From contig OY820579.1 in the NCBI GenBank assembly GCA_963681965.1, positions 1,216,001 to 1,280,000 of the forward strand: a stretch of 64,000 nucleotides of DNA, given 5' to 3'. The notes under the pieces were generated by a model, which did no database searches, was not told the origin of the DNA, and saw nothing but the letters and a program-made list of their open reading frames with translations. Shown here piece after piece: positions 1 through 9,896 of the stretch. Each line of letters starts with the position of its first letter. Positions within the stretch are counted from its first letter, which is position 1. The DNA is from a bacterium (GTDB lineage Bacteria > Electryoneota > JAOADG01). The position numbers and the translations under genes are program-made.

Positions 1-1
1 C

Positions 2-703
2 CACGATGCACACGCTCGATTGAGTTTACGCGTTGGTGCCAATGTTATTTGCGAAAAACCGCTTGTCGTTAATCCATGGAATCTAGATCAATTGATCAAA
101 TTGGAGCAGGATTACGGAAAGAAAGTATATACCGTAATGCAACTGCGTGTTCATCCCCGATTGATTGCACTTAAGGAACAAATCCAACAGCAACCCGGAA
201 TGAAACACGATGTTACCTTATCCTATATCACCCCGCGCGGATCGTGGTATCAAGCATCATGGAAGGGTGTACTGGAAAAATCCGGAGGCGTTGGTACGAA
301 TATCGGGATTCATCTCTTTGATTTGATGATTTGGCTGTTCGGCGATGTTACAGGTTATGAAGTGCATTATTGCGATTTGCATAAAATGACTGGCGTTATC
401 GAGTTTCAAAATGCCCATGTTCGATGGTTCTTATCTATCGATAAAAGAGACCTTCCCCGCGAATACGATTCCTCGGGTTATACCGCATACCGGTATTTGT
501 CGATTGACGGGATCGAAACGGAATTTTCGGAAGGTTTTGCCGATTTACATACACTGGTATACAATGATATCATCGCCGGTAAAGGGTACGGAATCGAAGA
601 TGCTCGACCTTCGATCGACCTGGTTTATCATCTTCGGAATTTTAAACCGATCGTTCCGGCTGGCGATTGTCATCCGATCTTGGAGAAATTGATATCAAAC
701 TAG
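2..703 (+). CDS. wbpB: Gfo/Idh/MocA oxidoreductase, WbpB/WlbA-like UDP-GlcNAcA 3-dehydrogenase (5' end outside window)
   Basis: Frame open from position 2 (HDAHARL...); ICEKPL motif, NIGIHLFD, EFSEGFADLHT; precedes wbpD/wbpE-like genes. Confidence 0.85.
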   Translation, partial: HDAHARLSLRVGANVICEKPLVVNPWNLDQLIKLEQDYGKKVYTVMQLRVHPRLIALKEQIQQQPGMKHDVTLSYITPRGSWYQASWKGVLEKSGGVGTNIGIHLFDLMIWLFGDVTGYEVHYCDLHKMTGVIEFQNAHVRWFLSIDKRDLPREYDSSGYTAYRYLSIDGIETEFSEGFADLHTLVYNDIIAGKGYGIEDARPSIDLVYHLRNFKPIVPAGDCHPILEKLISN

Positions 704-769
704 TATCGTCACAATTCAAAAGGCTAGATATGTTGGATTTGTGGATCGTTTTGTCGTCTTGAGGGAACA

Positions 770-1444
770 ATGAGTGAGAAATCATACTTTGCTCATCCTA
801 CAGCAATCGTTGATGAACCGGTTGAGATCGGTGAAGGGACGAAAATCTGGCACTTCTCTCACGTTATGAAAAACGTTACGATCGGAAAACGATGTGTATT
901 TGGTCAGAACTGCAATATCGATAGCGGCGTAATCATCGGTGACAACGTTAAAGTGCAGAATAATGTCTCGATCTATACCGGAGTGGTAATTGAGGACGAT
1001 GTATTTCTTGGACCATCCTGCGTATTAACGAATGTTACCAACCCGCGATCGCAAGTTAATCGGCATACCCTTTACGAAAAAACGATTTTGCGACGCGGCT
1101 GCTCGATCGGTGCCAATGCCACTGTCGTATGCGGTATTATGATTGGTCGATATGCTTTTATCGGCGCAGGAGCAGTTGTTACAAAAAGTATTCCCGATTA
1201 CGCATTGATTTTAGGAAATCCGGGAAAACAGCGCGGTTGGGTTAGTCGACACGGATTGCCGTTAAAAGACCCTGATACAAACGGTATTTTTACTTGTCCT
1301 GAAAGTGGTTTGCGGTATCGGGAAGCCGATGCCGGCAAATTGATTTGCATCGATGTCGATGAAGACGCTCCACTTCCAGAAGAATTACGAATGGGTGCAA
1401 CATACTATGACGATATCGTGCATCCCGGTGAGCGATTGAACTGA
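770..1444 (+). CDS. wbpD: Hexapeptide-repeat N-acetyltransferase, WbpD/WlbB-like
   Basis: IGEGTKIWHFSHV, VKVQNNVSIY, GPSCVLTNVTNPRS motifs; left-handed beta-helix repeats. Confidence 0.88.
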   Translation: MSEKSYFAHPTAIVDEPVEIGEGTKIWHFSHVMKNVTIGKRCVFGQNCNIDSGVIIGDNVKVQNNVSIYTGVVIEDDVFLGPSCVLTNVTNPRSQVNRHTLYEKTILRRGCSIGANATVVCGIMIGRYAFIGAGAVVTKSIPDYALILGNPGKQRGWVSRHGLPLKDPDTNGIFTCPESGLRYREADAGKLICIDVDEDAPLPEELRMGATYYDDIVHPGERLN

Positions 1445-1501
1445 TCGGTCATTAGAATTGGTGTTACTTCGTTTTATCGAGATTACGTGATAAGGTAGCG
1501 A

Positions 1502-2620
1502 ATGCAGGTTCCCATTCTGGATCTGAAGGCACAATATCTTTCGTTGAAAGAAGAGATCGATAATGCGATTCGAACTGTTTTCGATTCGCAACAATTTATC
1601 AATGGTCCGCAAGTTGGAGAATGTGAAAAGGCAATTGCAGCCTACTCACAAGCGCTATTTGCAACCGGTGTTTCTTCTGGTACGGATGCGCTGTTAATTC
1701 CGCTGATGATCGAGAAGATCGGTCCCGGCGACGAAGTGATTGTACCGAACTACTCGTTTTTTGCGACCGCTGGAGTTGTCGCACGCGTAGGTGCAAAACC
1801 GGTGTTCGTCGACATCGATCCTGTAACCTTCAATATCGATCCACAAAAAATTGAAGAGAGTATTACCGCCAAAACAAAAGCGATCATCCCTGTACATTTA
1901 TTCGGACAGATGGCGGACATGATGGCGATCGGCGAACTCGCCGATAAATATCATCTGATCGTAATCGAGGATGCTGCACAAGCGATTGGCGCCGAGTGCA
2001 ATCGAAAACGCGCCGGATCGTTCGGTCATTACGGAACACTCAGTTTCTTTCCCTCGAAAAATCTTGGTTGTGCCGGGGATGGTGGAATGATTATCACTTC
2101 GGATCCGAAGCGTGACGAATTGTCCAAGATCTTTCGACAACATGGATCGAAAGTAAAATATCGACATACGCATATTGGCGGTAATTTTCGATTGGATACG
2201 CTTCAAGCGGCAATACTATTGGCAAAGCTTCCACTGTTAGATCGGTGGACTGCAGCACGTCAAGAACACGCAAAGTATTACCGGGAATTGTTTGAACGTA
2301 CGGGGTTGCTTGGAACCGATCTAATCGCACTTCCGGAAGAAACTTGCGATCGACATATTTTCAATCAATATGTCGGCCGATTTACTCGTCGCGATCGTCT
2401 AATAGCATGGTTGCGGGACCACGGAATCGAATGTGTGGTTTATTACCCGATTCCATTTCATCAGATGGAATGCTTTGCCGATCTAGGCTATTCGATCGGT
2501 GATTTTCCCGAAAGTGAAAAAGCTTCGGGCGAAGCTTTGGCGATACCGATTTACCCTGAAATGACTTCTGAGATGCAAGAATACGTCGTCGATACGATAG
2601 CTGAATTTTACCGAAAGTAG
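1502..2620 (+). CDS. wbpE: DegT/DnrJ/EryC1/StrS PLP-dependent aminotransferase, WbpE-like
   Basis: SSGTDAL, IEDAAQAIGA, SFFPSKNLG (PLP lysine), NFRLDTLQAA; context with wbpB/wbpD. Confidence 0.85.
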   Translation: MQVPILDLKAQYLSLKEEIDNAIRTVFDSQQFINGPQVGECEKAIAAYSQALFATGVSSGTDALLIPLMIEKIGPGDEVIVPNYSFFATAGVVARVGAKPVFVDIDPVTFNIDPQKIEESITAKTKAIIPVHLFGQMADMMAIGELADKYHLIVIEDAAQAIGAECNRKRAGSFGHYGTLSFFPSKNLGCAGDGGMIITSDPKRDELSKIFRQHGSKVKYRHTHIGGNFRLDTLQAAILLAKLPLLDRWTAARQEHAKYYRELFERTGLLGTDLIALPEETCDRHIFNQYVGRFTRRDRLIAWLRDHGIECVVYYPIPFHQMECFADLGYSIGDFPESEKASGEALAIPIYPEMTSEMQEYVVDTIAEFYRK

Positions 2621-2625
2621 GTAAT

Positions 2626-4176
2626 ATGATGTGTTCCAGCAATTTTCGAACAATTGCAATACTATTGTTGTTAGCGATTTCTACGATTGCGTTTGCTCAG
2701 GGAATACAATTACCTCAAGATTTTGGCTATTCAAATCGACATGCCGAATTAATCGATGCCGGGATTCTTTGGCATTCTAATTCGACATTTCATCCCGCAA
2801 CGATATCGAACATTGATGAACAATCTCTACTTTCAAATTCCGAACCGGGACCTCGATGGGTACAAAAGTACTTAACAGATTTTACCGGTTGGTGTAACAA
2901 GGCAAAAGACGGTAGTGAAAAAGGAATCTCCGCTAATTTTCTAGTTCGATTAACTGCCACTGCTCCCGGTGGTCCCAATCGGATTTATGAAAAGACTGGT
3001 ATCACACCCGAACTTTGGATGCATATTCAAATGCACCGCCATTTTTATATCGATTTCGACGCACGATTTACGAATGAAGGTAAATCGCTTGAGCATTTTA
3101 GCGGAAGACCGAAAAGAATCTCGCGAGCCAGTTTCAATACTTCGGAAATCGATCATGCTGTTATCGGATATGAAAATAATTGGATCAAAGTCGATTACGG
3201 TCGATCACGGGAAATTTGGGGAGCCATGCCGGAGAATAATCTACTCCTGGCGGGATCTTCGCCTGCATACGAACGGTTACTCTTCCAATTGAACCACAAG
3301 CGATTTAGTTATCGCTGGTTCTACGGCTATTTGGAATCGGTTTGGGATACTGCAAATGCAGTCGATATTAATCGATATTTAGTTGGTCGCTGTTTCGAAT
3401 ACAACAACCACAAAAATTTGGTCTTGAATCTAGGCGAAACAATCATTTATTCCGGTCCCAACCGTGTTCCCGAATTATCGTACTTAAATCCGATTTCGGA
3501 ACATGTCGAAATCGAGACGAATGCTCGCGACAACAGTCATTACAATCAGCAAAACTCCGTATTCTTTCTTGGTGTAGATTGGCTGGCACGCAAAAATTTG
3601 CGGATCTCAACGACCTTCGGTGCCGACGAATACCGCATTGATCGTGGCGAACAAAAAAAATTCGGGGAAGCGCTGCTTTATTTTGGTCGGGTGGCTTGGA
3701 CACCGACTTACAATCCTGCGTTGATCACCCTCTTTGCACAAGGCTATCGAATTGATACTTACTCCCAACAGCATCGATATCGCTGGGATAATAACCTTAC
3801 TCATGGTCAATTAATCGGTTCACCGATCGGAAACGATGCCGATGATTTCTCCGCTGGACTACGAATCATTCTTCCCGTTCCAGTATCGACTGAGGTGTCG
3901 TATGGTCGAATGCGATGGGGAGAGAATTCAATGATCTTACACCCATATACTGCTTATGTTAAATTTGATCGACCGGTATTCCCAAGTGGTGAAGTGCGAA
4001 CCAACCGGTATCTTGCAATGAAATTGGATTCGCAACCATTCTCATTCTTCTCGCTGCAAGTTGCTTCACACATCGACTTGTCCCACAGTGGAAGCGGAAG
4101 TGCGATGGAGCGATGGACTGTTACCGGACAATTCCAAGTCCCATACTTCACCACAAGTAAGTTTGTTGAGGAATAG
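2626..4176 (+). CDS. Outer-membrane beta-barrel, capsule assembly Wzi-like
   Basis: Signal peptide; YGRSREIWG, GETIIYSG...SYLNPI, GSPIGNDAD motifs resemble Wzi; polysaccharide locus context. Confidence 0.6.
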   Translation: MMCSSNFRTIAILLLLAISTIAFAQGIQLPQDFGYSNRHAELIDAGILWHSNSTFHPATISNIDEQSLLSNSEPGPRWVQKYLTDFTGWCNKAKDGSEKGISANFLVRLTATAPGGPNRIYEKTGITPELWMHIQMHRHFYIDFDARFTNEGKSLEHFSGRPKRISRASFNTSEIDHAVIGYENNWIKVDYGRSREIWGAMPENNLLLAGSSPAYERLLFQLNHKRFSYRWFYGYLESVWDTANAVDINRYLVGRCFEYNNHKNLVLNLGETIIYSGPNRVPELSYLNPISEHVEIETNARDNSHYNQQNSVFFLGVDWLARKNLRISTTFGADEYRIDRGEQKKFGEALLYFGRVAWTPTYNPALITLFAQGYRIDTYSQQHRYRWDNNLTHGQLIGSPIGNDADDFSAGLRIILPVPVSTEVSYGRMRWGENSMILHPYTAYVKFDRPVFPSGEVRTNRYLAMKLDSQPFSFFSLQVASHIDLSHSGSGSAMERWTVTGQFQVPYFTTSKFVEE

Positions 4177-4267
4177 CCCTTTACGTACGATCGTTATTGT
4201 AAGAGAATCTTTCCACTGAAGGTGCGGTACGCTTTCTAATCGAGGGAGGTTTGCCAATGCTATTCCC

Positions 4268-6103
4268 TTAGAAATCCGATTCAATCTTATACGCGATCTC
4301 AGCCTCGTAAGACACAATCTCCGGGCTTCCCACATGTTTCTTTATCCTAATTGTGGAAAGAAACACTTTAACCGATAAATCGTCATTAGATGCAACGATT
4401 GACATCTTCTCTGGTGGAATTTTATTGGTGGATTCCGTGCCATATTCTGCAATAATATTTGCTAGATGATGTTTAAAGTCAATCTGAAGCGAAGTTGCAG
4501 GGAGTGTGTCGTGCCTAACTGATACAGTTAACGTACTCAGATCCTGTCCGATTTGATAGATAATTCCCTGGTCTAAGAATTCGCGATTCTTGACTCCCGA
4601 GTGAACTCGTTGTCCACGTAATAAACGATTATAGCCCTTAATGTCCAACGCTTTTTCGCGATCGATCGATAAAGTGATGGTCCCATCATCGGAAGCTTGC
4701 CATCTTCGAACGAACGGCACACCCATCCGTTTTGCGATGGACTCCGATTCGATAATGGTGTTCCCAGTACCTGCGGATTTATTTTTCAGACTTTCACTAA
4801 ACCATGGTTGGATTGCATCGAATCCATGGACTTCGGATAAATAGTCGAGGATCGAACTGATTTGCCGAGTTGCTTCAAATTGTAGCGAATCATGTTTATT
4901 CTGCACCCGTCCATTAACAAGAATGTGATTCTTTTCAAGTAGTATCTTGAGACGTTGAACCTGATTTTTCTCCGAAATCGCAAAAACTCCCCATGGACCG
5001 CAGCTAACGATAAACACCGTTACACATAGAGAAATTGGAATGAAGAGTATTTTCTTATTCTTGCTGAAAATGAAATACGGTGTAAAGACACAAAGCCAGA
5101 CTACTGTTGCGATGCCAAGATATCTTCCCTCGGTGATTCCGTACTCGGCAACACGCTGCCAGACGGCTAGGAAAAGCATGATTGTTAGTGGGATAATGAC
5201 CACATAAAACCATTTGGTAGCAATTTTCATCCAGCGATTCTCGATTCGCTCTCGAATAGGGTATACTAACAACACAGATACTAACCCAGTTGCGATGAAT
5301 CCAAGAATAAGCCGGCTCACCCACCCTCTTGGCCAGTCCCATGCTAGAATAATTTTACCCAGATAGAGATAGAGGATGATGAAATAGATGAGTACTAAGG
5401 GAAAGAGGATATACTGGGAAAAGATCTTGAGTTCTTTCGGATAATCCTCAATATTGTCAAGACTTTTCAGATCTTTTGGAACGCCAGTCAGAAAGAACCA
5501 AGTTGTAAATAATCCATTGACTAAAACGATCAATTCTGCGTACCGCTTGCCAGGGATATCGATATCAAACAAGTAATTCAGTGCCGCGAGCGCGATTGCC
5601 AGACCTCCGCTCAAGACTATGGCATATAGTCCTGTGGTGAAAACTCTCTGGTACAAAATTTTACAGAAATTCCAGTACTCTAATTCATTTTCGTACTTAT
5701 AGAACGGGGCGGAGAGATTAAATAAAACCAATCCCAATGTTAGTAGAAATAGCCGAATTAGATGGATGCTAGGCGCATTGTGGAGATTCTGTGGGACTGT
5801 TAACACATACAGACCGACCAAGATGATCCCGGTAAATTGCACACCCAGTGTAACCGACCGACTCCATTTCCATTTTTCAGAAATAAGTGCTAGACCCGTT
5901 AGAAGTGGAAATCCGAGAATTGCACCAAAGATCAATTGTATTAATACCGTTGGTTCGGAAGCTGCCTGACTGTCGATCAACAATATCGTGCACGTGGTTC
6001 CGAAAATAGCTACTAGTATGGCTAAAGGAAAGCGTGCGAAAGTTTTGCGTGCGTCGACCAAAGTTTGAGTGATGGATAGGAGTTTCACTTTTGTCTCATT
6101 CAT
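4268..6103 (-). CDS. DUF4153-family multi-pass membrane protein
   Basis: About 11 hydrophobic segments; PLVLIYFIILYLY, WDWPRGWVS, RVAEYGITEGRY, GPWGVF motifs. Confidence 0.7.
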   Translation of the reverse strand: MNETKVKLLSITQTLVDARKTFARFPLAILVAIFGTTCTILLIDSQAASEPTVLIQLIFGAILGFPLLTGLALISEKWKWSRSVTLGVQFTGIILVGLYVLTVPQNLHNAPSIHLIRLFLLTLGLVLFNLSAPFYKYENELEYWNFCKILYQRVFTTGLYAIVLSGGLAIALAALNYLFDIDIPGKRYAELIVLVNGLFTTWFFLTGVPKDLKSLDNIEDYPKELKIFSQYILFPLVLIYFIILYLYLGKIILAWDWPRGWVSRLILGFIATGLVSVLLVYPIRERIENRWMKIATKWFYVVIIPLTIMLFLAVWQRVAEYGITEGRYLGIATVVWLCVFTPYFIFSKNKKILFIPISLCVTVFIVSCGPWGVFAISEKNQVQRLKILLEKNHILVNGRVQNKHDSLQFEATRQISSILDYLSEVHGFDAIQPWFSESLKNKSAGTGNTIIESESIAKRMGVPFVRRWQASDDGTITLSIDREKALDIKGYNRLLRGQRVHSGVKNREFLDQGIIYQIGQDLSTLTVSVRHDTLPATSLQIDFKHHLANIIAEYGTESTNKIPPEKMSIVASNDDLSVKVFLSTIRIKKHVGSPEIVSYEAEIAYKIESDF

Positions 6104-6567
6104 TTACTAGTGGAATATACAAATTGTAATTAAATAAACGATCATATCTCATTTCATGTAACTCTCTTTATACACGTAGAAAGAAATTTTAGTTTCCCTC
6201 ATCAGAACACCGATCACTAAAGTTCGAATATTGAATTGATAGATGGATTGATTCAAATAGATGCAAATCGGGCAACTATATCAAAATAACTCGTTTTGCT
6301 TTTTGTGAAAAGAAGATTCGGTGTTTCAGGATAGCAAGGTCACTTTAAAGAGCAAGGATACTGGATGCGCCAATTGATCTTTAAATTATCAGAGTTGAAT
6401 AACATCATTCCAAGTGAAGTGCTCTGCAGTATGTTTCACTGATGGTATCGATTGGTTCAAAGAGATCGCGATTTTTACTATGTGTTGATCCGAAGGGCAA
6501 TCAATAAACTGGCACTCTTCGGCACCGAACGTCTTCCGTGACAACAATGAACTTATTTCTGAATTCA

Positions 6568-8325
6568 TTACTGCTTTGGGATATGTAATGTGAAAGTTGC
6601 GCCTTTCCCCAATTCAGATCGAAGATCAGCAGTACCTTGGTGAGCGAGCGTGATATGTTTGACGATAGCGAGACCCAAACCGGTACCGCCGAGATTGCGA
6701 CTGCGGGATGCGTCAACCCGGTAAAACCGTTCGAAAATGCGCTCTTGATGCTCTAGTGATATTCCCGGTCCATGATCGGTTACTAAAATCATAACCTCGG
6801 AATCGATCAACTTTGCCGATAATTCCACCGGCTTACCCTCGCCATACTTGAATGCATTATCCAGCAGATTCATTACCGCTTCTGGCAGTAGCCGGGGGTC
6901 TGCATGAATAATTAGGGTCTCGGGAATACTGACCGAAAAGACGACCTTCTCTCGTTCGGCACGAATTCGAAATTCATCGATCATCGGTTCTAGTGCATCG
7001 AACAGATTGAATTCACATAAATCGATGGTATAATCAGCGCGCTCAATCCGCGATAAACGTAATAAGTCTTCAATGATTGCATTAAGCCGATTGGTTTGTC
7101 TAACCGCTACATCAAGGAACCGTTGCGATTGCTCAGGATCCGATATATCGCCAGTTTGCAGCGCCTCTAAGTAACCTTTGATCGAAGTCACCGGAGTACG
7201 CAACTCATGCGATGCGTTCGCGATAAATTCCTGACGTATCTTTTCCAAATGATTCAATTTCGTTACATCGCGTAACACGATCAAAGTGCCATTCCGATGT
7301 TGATCATCCATTTTTAGTTGACAACAATAGGCACTTAACAACTTTCCATTGGGAAGTGTAAGAAGCGTCTCTTCCTGATTTGAACCGGGTTGTGCTGATT
7401 GTGCCAATGCAAGTAACGGTGCGTTTCGAATGCATTCCACTAGTAGTTTTCCCGATACGTTTTCGGTGTCAACTCCAAACCATTCCGAAGCTGCTCGATT
7501 GATACGAATTAATCGACCTTCATCATTCAGCGCAATGACCCCTTCCACCATATTGGCGAGCAGCGCTTCCAGTTCATTGCGCTGCAATTCGATCTCTTTG
7601 AACCGTAGATGTAGTTCATCGGCAAGGCTGTTCATTGCCGATGCCAGTTGTCCTGCTACGGGTTCGGAGAATCGGGGGTAACGGTATTGTAGATTGCCAG
7701 TAAAGAATTTCGGCGAGTCGGTAACCATTTGCTGAAGTGGGTGAATCAAGATGTGCGACATGATCCATCCGATCAGAAGCACCCCGATGAATACGATAAG
7801 TCCGATTCCGATCAACTTATTTCGAAGCGGTAAAATCAACCGGGTGACTGCTTCACGCGGTTCGCTTAATCGTAGCACAAGCGTTTGCTTGCTGGGTAAC
7901 GATACCCGTTTGACGAAATAAAGATCGGTGGTCTGATCGGAAGTACTGTAGCGTTCAATGGTTGCAGTTCCGTTTTTCAATGCTTCGACAATCTCTGGTC
8001 GATAGTCGGTTGTGACAATTTTATTTCCATGATGACGCGAGTCGCCAATCAATTGACCCGTCGAATCGAAGAGCGTTAACCGGCTTTGAGCCCGGAAACT
8101 GATCATGTGGAGCAACGAATCGATTTCGGAAGGAGAAAACTGATAGATGTTATGCGGTATCACTTCTTCCAGTAACTCGGCACGTAGGCGCATATCCGCA
8201 TAGAGTTGTTCGTGCTGGATCTGCTTGAAATAGAAGTGGACAACCAATAAGGCGATCAGAACAGCGCCACCGAGTGTAATAGCAAAGAATAGGCGCAGTT
8301 GATTTAGTAGCGTGAGTCGTGTCAT
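6568..8325 (-). CDS. phoR: Phosphate regulon sensor histidine kinase
   Basis: Two TM segments, HAMP, PAS, FIANASHELRTP H-box, NLLDNAFKY, RVDASRSRNLGGTGLGLAIVKH; operon with phoB/phoU. Confidence 0.9.
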   Translation of the reverse strand: MTRLTLLNQLRLFFAITLGGAVLIALLVVHFYFKQIQHEQLYADMRLRAELLEEVIPHNIYQFSPSEIDSLLHMISFRAQSRLTLFDSTGQLIGDSRHHGNKIVTTDYRPEIVEALKNGTATIERYSTSDQTTDLYFVKRVSLPSKQTLVLRLSEPREAVTRLILPLRNKLIGIGLIVFIGVLLIGWIMSHILIHPLQQMVTDSPKFFTGNLQYRYPRFSEPVAGQLASAMNSLADELHLRFKEIELQRNELEALLANMVEGVIALNDEGRLIRINRAASEWFGVDTENVSGKLLVECIRNAPLLALAQSAQPGSNQEETLLTLPNGKLLSAYCCQLKMDDQHRNGTLIVLRDVTKLNHLEKIRQEFIANASHELRTPVTSIKGYLEALQTGDISDPEQSQRFLDVAVRQTNRLNAIIEDLLRLSRIERADYTIDLCEFNLFDALEPMIDEFRIRAEREKVVFSVSIPETLIIHADPRLLPEAVMNLLDNAFKYGEGKPVELSAKLIDSEVMILVTDHGPGISLEHQERIFERFYRVDASRSRNLGGTGLGLAIVKHITLAHQGTADLRSELGKGATFTLHIPKQ

Positions 8326-9011
8326 GAGGGTTCTTTCAATCGGTACCCAATACCATGCACCGTTTCGATGAGCGATCCGCTAGATTTGAGTTTCTTGCGT
8401 ACGGCGGCAATATGCACGTCGACCGATCGATCGGTTACCATGGAATCGCTTCCTCTGGCAGCATCGACAATTTGATATCGAGTGGAGACTCGACCAGGTT
8501 TTTTTAAGAAATGACTCAGAATGCGGAACTCGGTTGACGTCAGTTTGATCAATTCGCCACAGACTTTTACCAAGTGAGAGTCGACATCCACTTCAATTTC
8601 TCCAAAGCGAATAATCGAATCAGTATTGTCACTGATTCCGACAACCCGACGCAACACTGTTTTTATCCTAGCTAACAGGACACCTGCTGCAAATGGTTTG
8701 ACAATATAATCGTCAGCACCAAGTTCCAGACCACTAATAATGTCTTTCTCTTCACCCCGTGCCGTGACCATAATGACTGGCACGTTTTTTAATGCATCGG
8801 TTGCTTTCAATCGCTTACAGATTGTCAACCCGTCCATTCCCGGTAAGGTTAAGTCAAGTAAGATTAAATCAGGTGTATTGGTTTGAAGGGTTTGCCATGC
8901 AGATATACCATCGGAGGCAATTTCACAGCGATACCCCTCCCGCTTAAGGTGGTATTTAATGAGTTCAGCAATATCGTGTTCATCTTCGATGATGAATATT
9001 GCTTCATTCAT
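8322..9011 (-). CDS. phoB: OmpR/PhoB response regulator
   Basis: IIEDE, LLDLTLPGMDG, GADDYIVKPF, DRSVDVHI, ETVHGIGY; start reassigned to MNEAIF at 9011, overlapping the phoU stop. Confidence 0.9.
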   Translation of the reverse strand: MNEAIFIIEDEHDIAELIKYHLKREGYRCEIASDGISAWQTLQTNTPDLILLDLTLPGMDGLTICKRLKATDALKNVPVIMVTARGEEKDIISGLELGADDYIVKPFAAGVLLARIKTVLRRVVGISDNTDSIIRFGEIEVDVDSHLVKVCGELIKLTSTEFRILSHFLKKPGRVSTRYQIVDAARGSDSMVTDRSVDVHIAAVRKKLKSSGSLIETVHGIGYRLKEPS

Positions 9012-9699
9012 CCTGTGCATCCTCTTCGGTACTAAGTGCTTCCCGTTCGCGAATATGTCGGACGATAATTCCATCCACAAGATAGATAACATCTTCGGCG
9101 ATGTTAGTCACTTGATCGGCGCATCGTTCGAGATAGCGTGAAATTGAAACCATTTGCAGCACGGTCGCGACCGACGATGGTTGAGCTTGGATCAACTCCT
9201 GAGCAGCATGATAACATTCGCGATGCATTTCGTCTACTTGATCGTCTAACAGGCACACATTACGGGCTAGATTACCGTCGAGTTTTACCAGCGCGTCAAG
9301 TGCTTTACGCAGCATTTCCTTGACTTTATCCGACATCGCCCGCACATCCACAATCGGAGGCAAGTGATTATCACCGTGAAGATCGGAAACGCGTTGAGCG
9401 ACATTTACTGCTAAATCGCCAATCCGCTCCAAGTCGTTATTGATCTTCAGAACTGCTATCACAAACCGCAGATTATTGGCAACCGGTTGGTAAAGAGCAA
9501 GAATCTTCAAACAATCTTCCTCGATCCCAACTTCACGCAAATCGATCTGTGCATCGGCATCAACAACTTGCTGTGCTTGCGAACTGTTACCTAATAGAAG
9601 TGCATCGATCGCAAGCCGAAGCTGCTCTTCGACCAGAGCGCCTATCTCCAGAATCTCCTTTTTCAGGTGTTCCAGTTCTTTTTCCAATCGCCAGGACAT
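9004..9699 (-). CDS. phoU: Phosphate signalling complex protein PhoU
   Basis: LYQPVANNLR, DLERIGDLAVN, YLERCADQVTNIAE; ATG at 9699 with GGGAGGAG RBS. Confidence 0.93.
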   Translation of the reverse strand: MSWRLEKELEHLKKEILEIGALVEEQLRLAIDALLLGNSSQAQQVVDADAQIDLREVGIEEDCLKILALYQPVANNLRFVIAVLKINNDLERIGDLAVNVAQRVSDLHGDNHLPPIVDVRAMSDKVKEMLRKALDALVKLDGNLARNVCLLDDQVDEMHRECYHAAQELIQAQPSSVATVLQMVSISRYLERCADQVTNIAEDVIYLVDGIIVRHIREREALSTEEDAQDE

Positions 9700-9734
9700 A
9701 CTCCTCCCAATCAAATATACCAAATAAACGGAAT

Positions 9735-9756
9735 GAATGTTAAGAGAATGTTAAGA
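9735..9756 (-). promoter_or_regulatory. Pho box facing phoU-phoB-phoR
   Basis: Perfect 11-bp tandem GAATGTTAAGA x2, i.e. TTAACA half-sites on the minus strand. Confidence 0.7.
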
Positions 9757-9783
9757 CTGGAAAACTTGCCTTCTCCGAGTGTA

Positions 9784-9822
9784 TTAACAAATTCTTAACA
9801 TCTCCTTCATTTATTGTTAACA
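9784..9822 (+). promoter_or_regulatory. Pho box array facing porin-pstSCAB
   Basis: TTAACA at 9784, 9795 and 9817 plus degenerate TTCATT at 9806, all in 11-bp register. Confidence 0.7.
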
Positions 9823-9896
9823 TCGAATTGCTTTCTTGGGATACGAAACGAGTGGAACCACTCATAAGCAAAGTCAACCCAAGGAAAGGAAGAAAT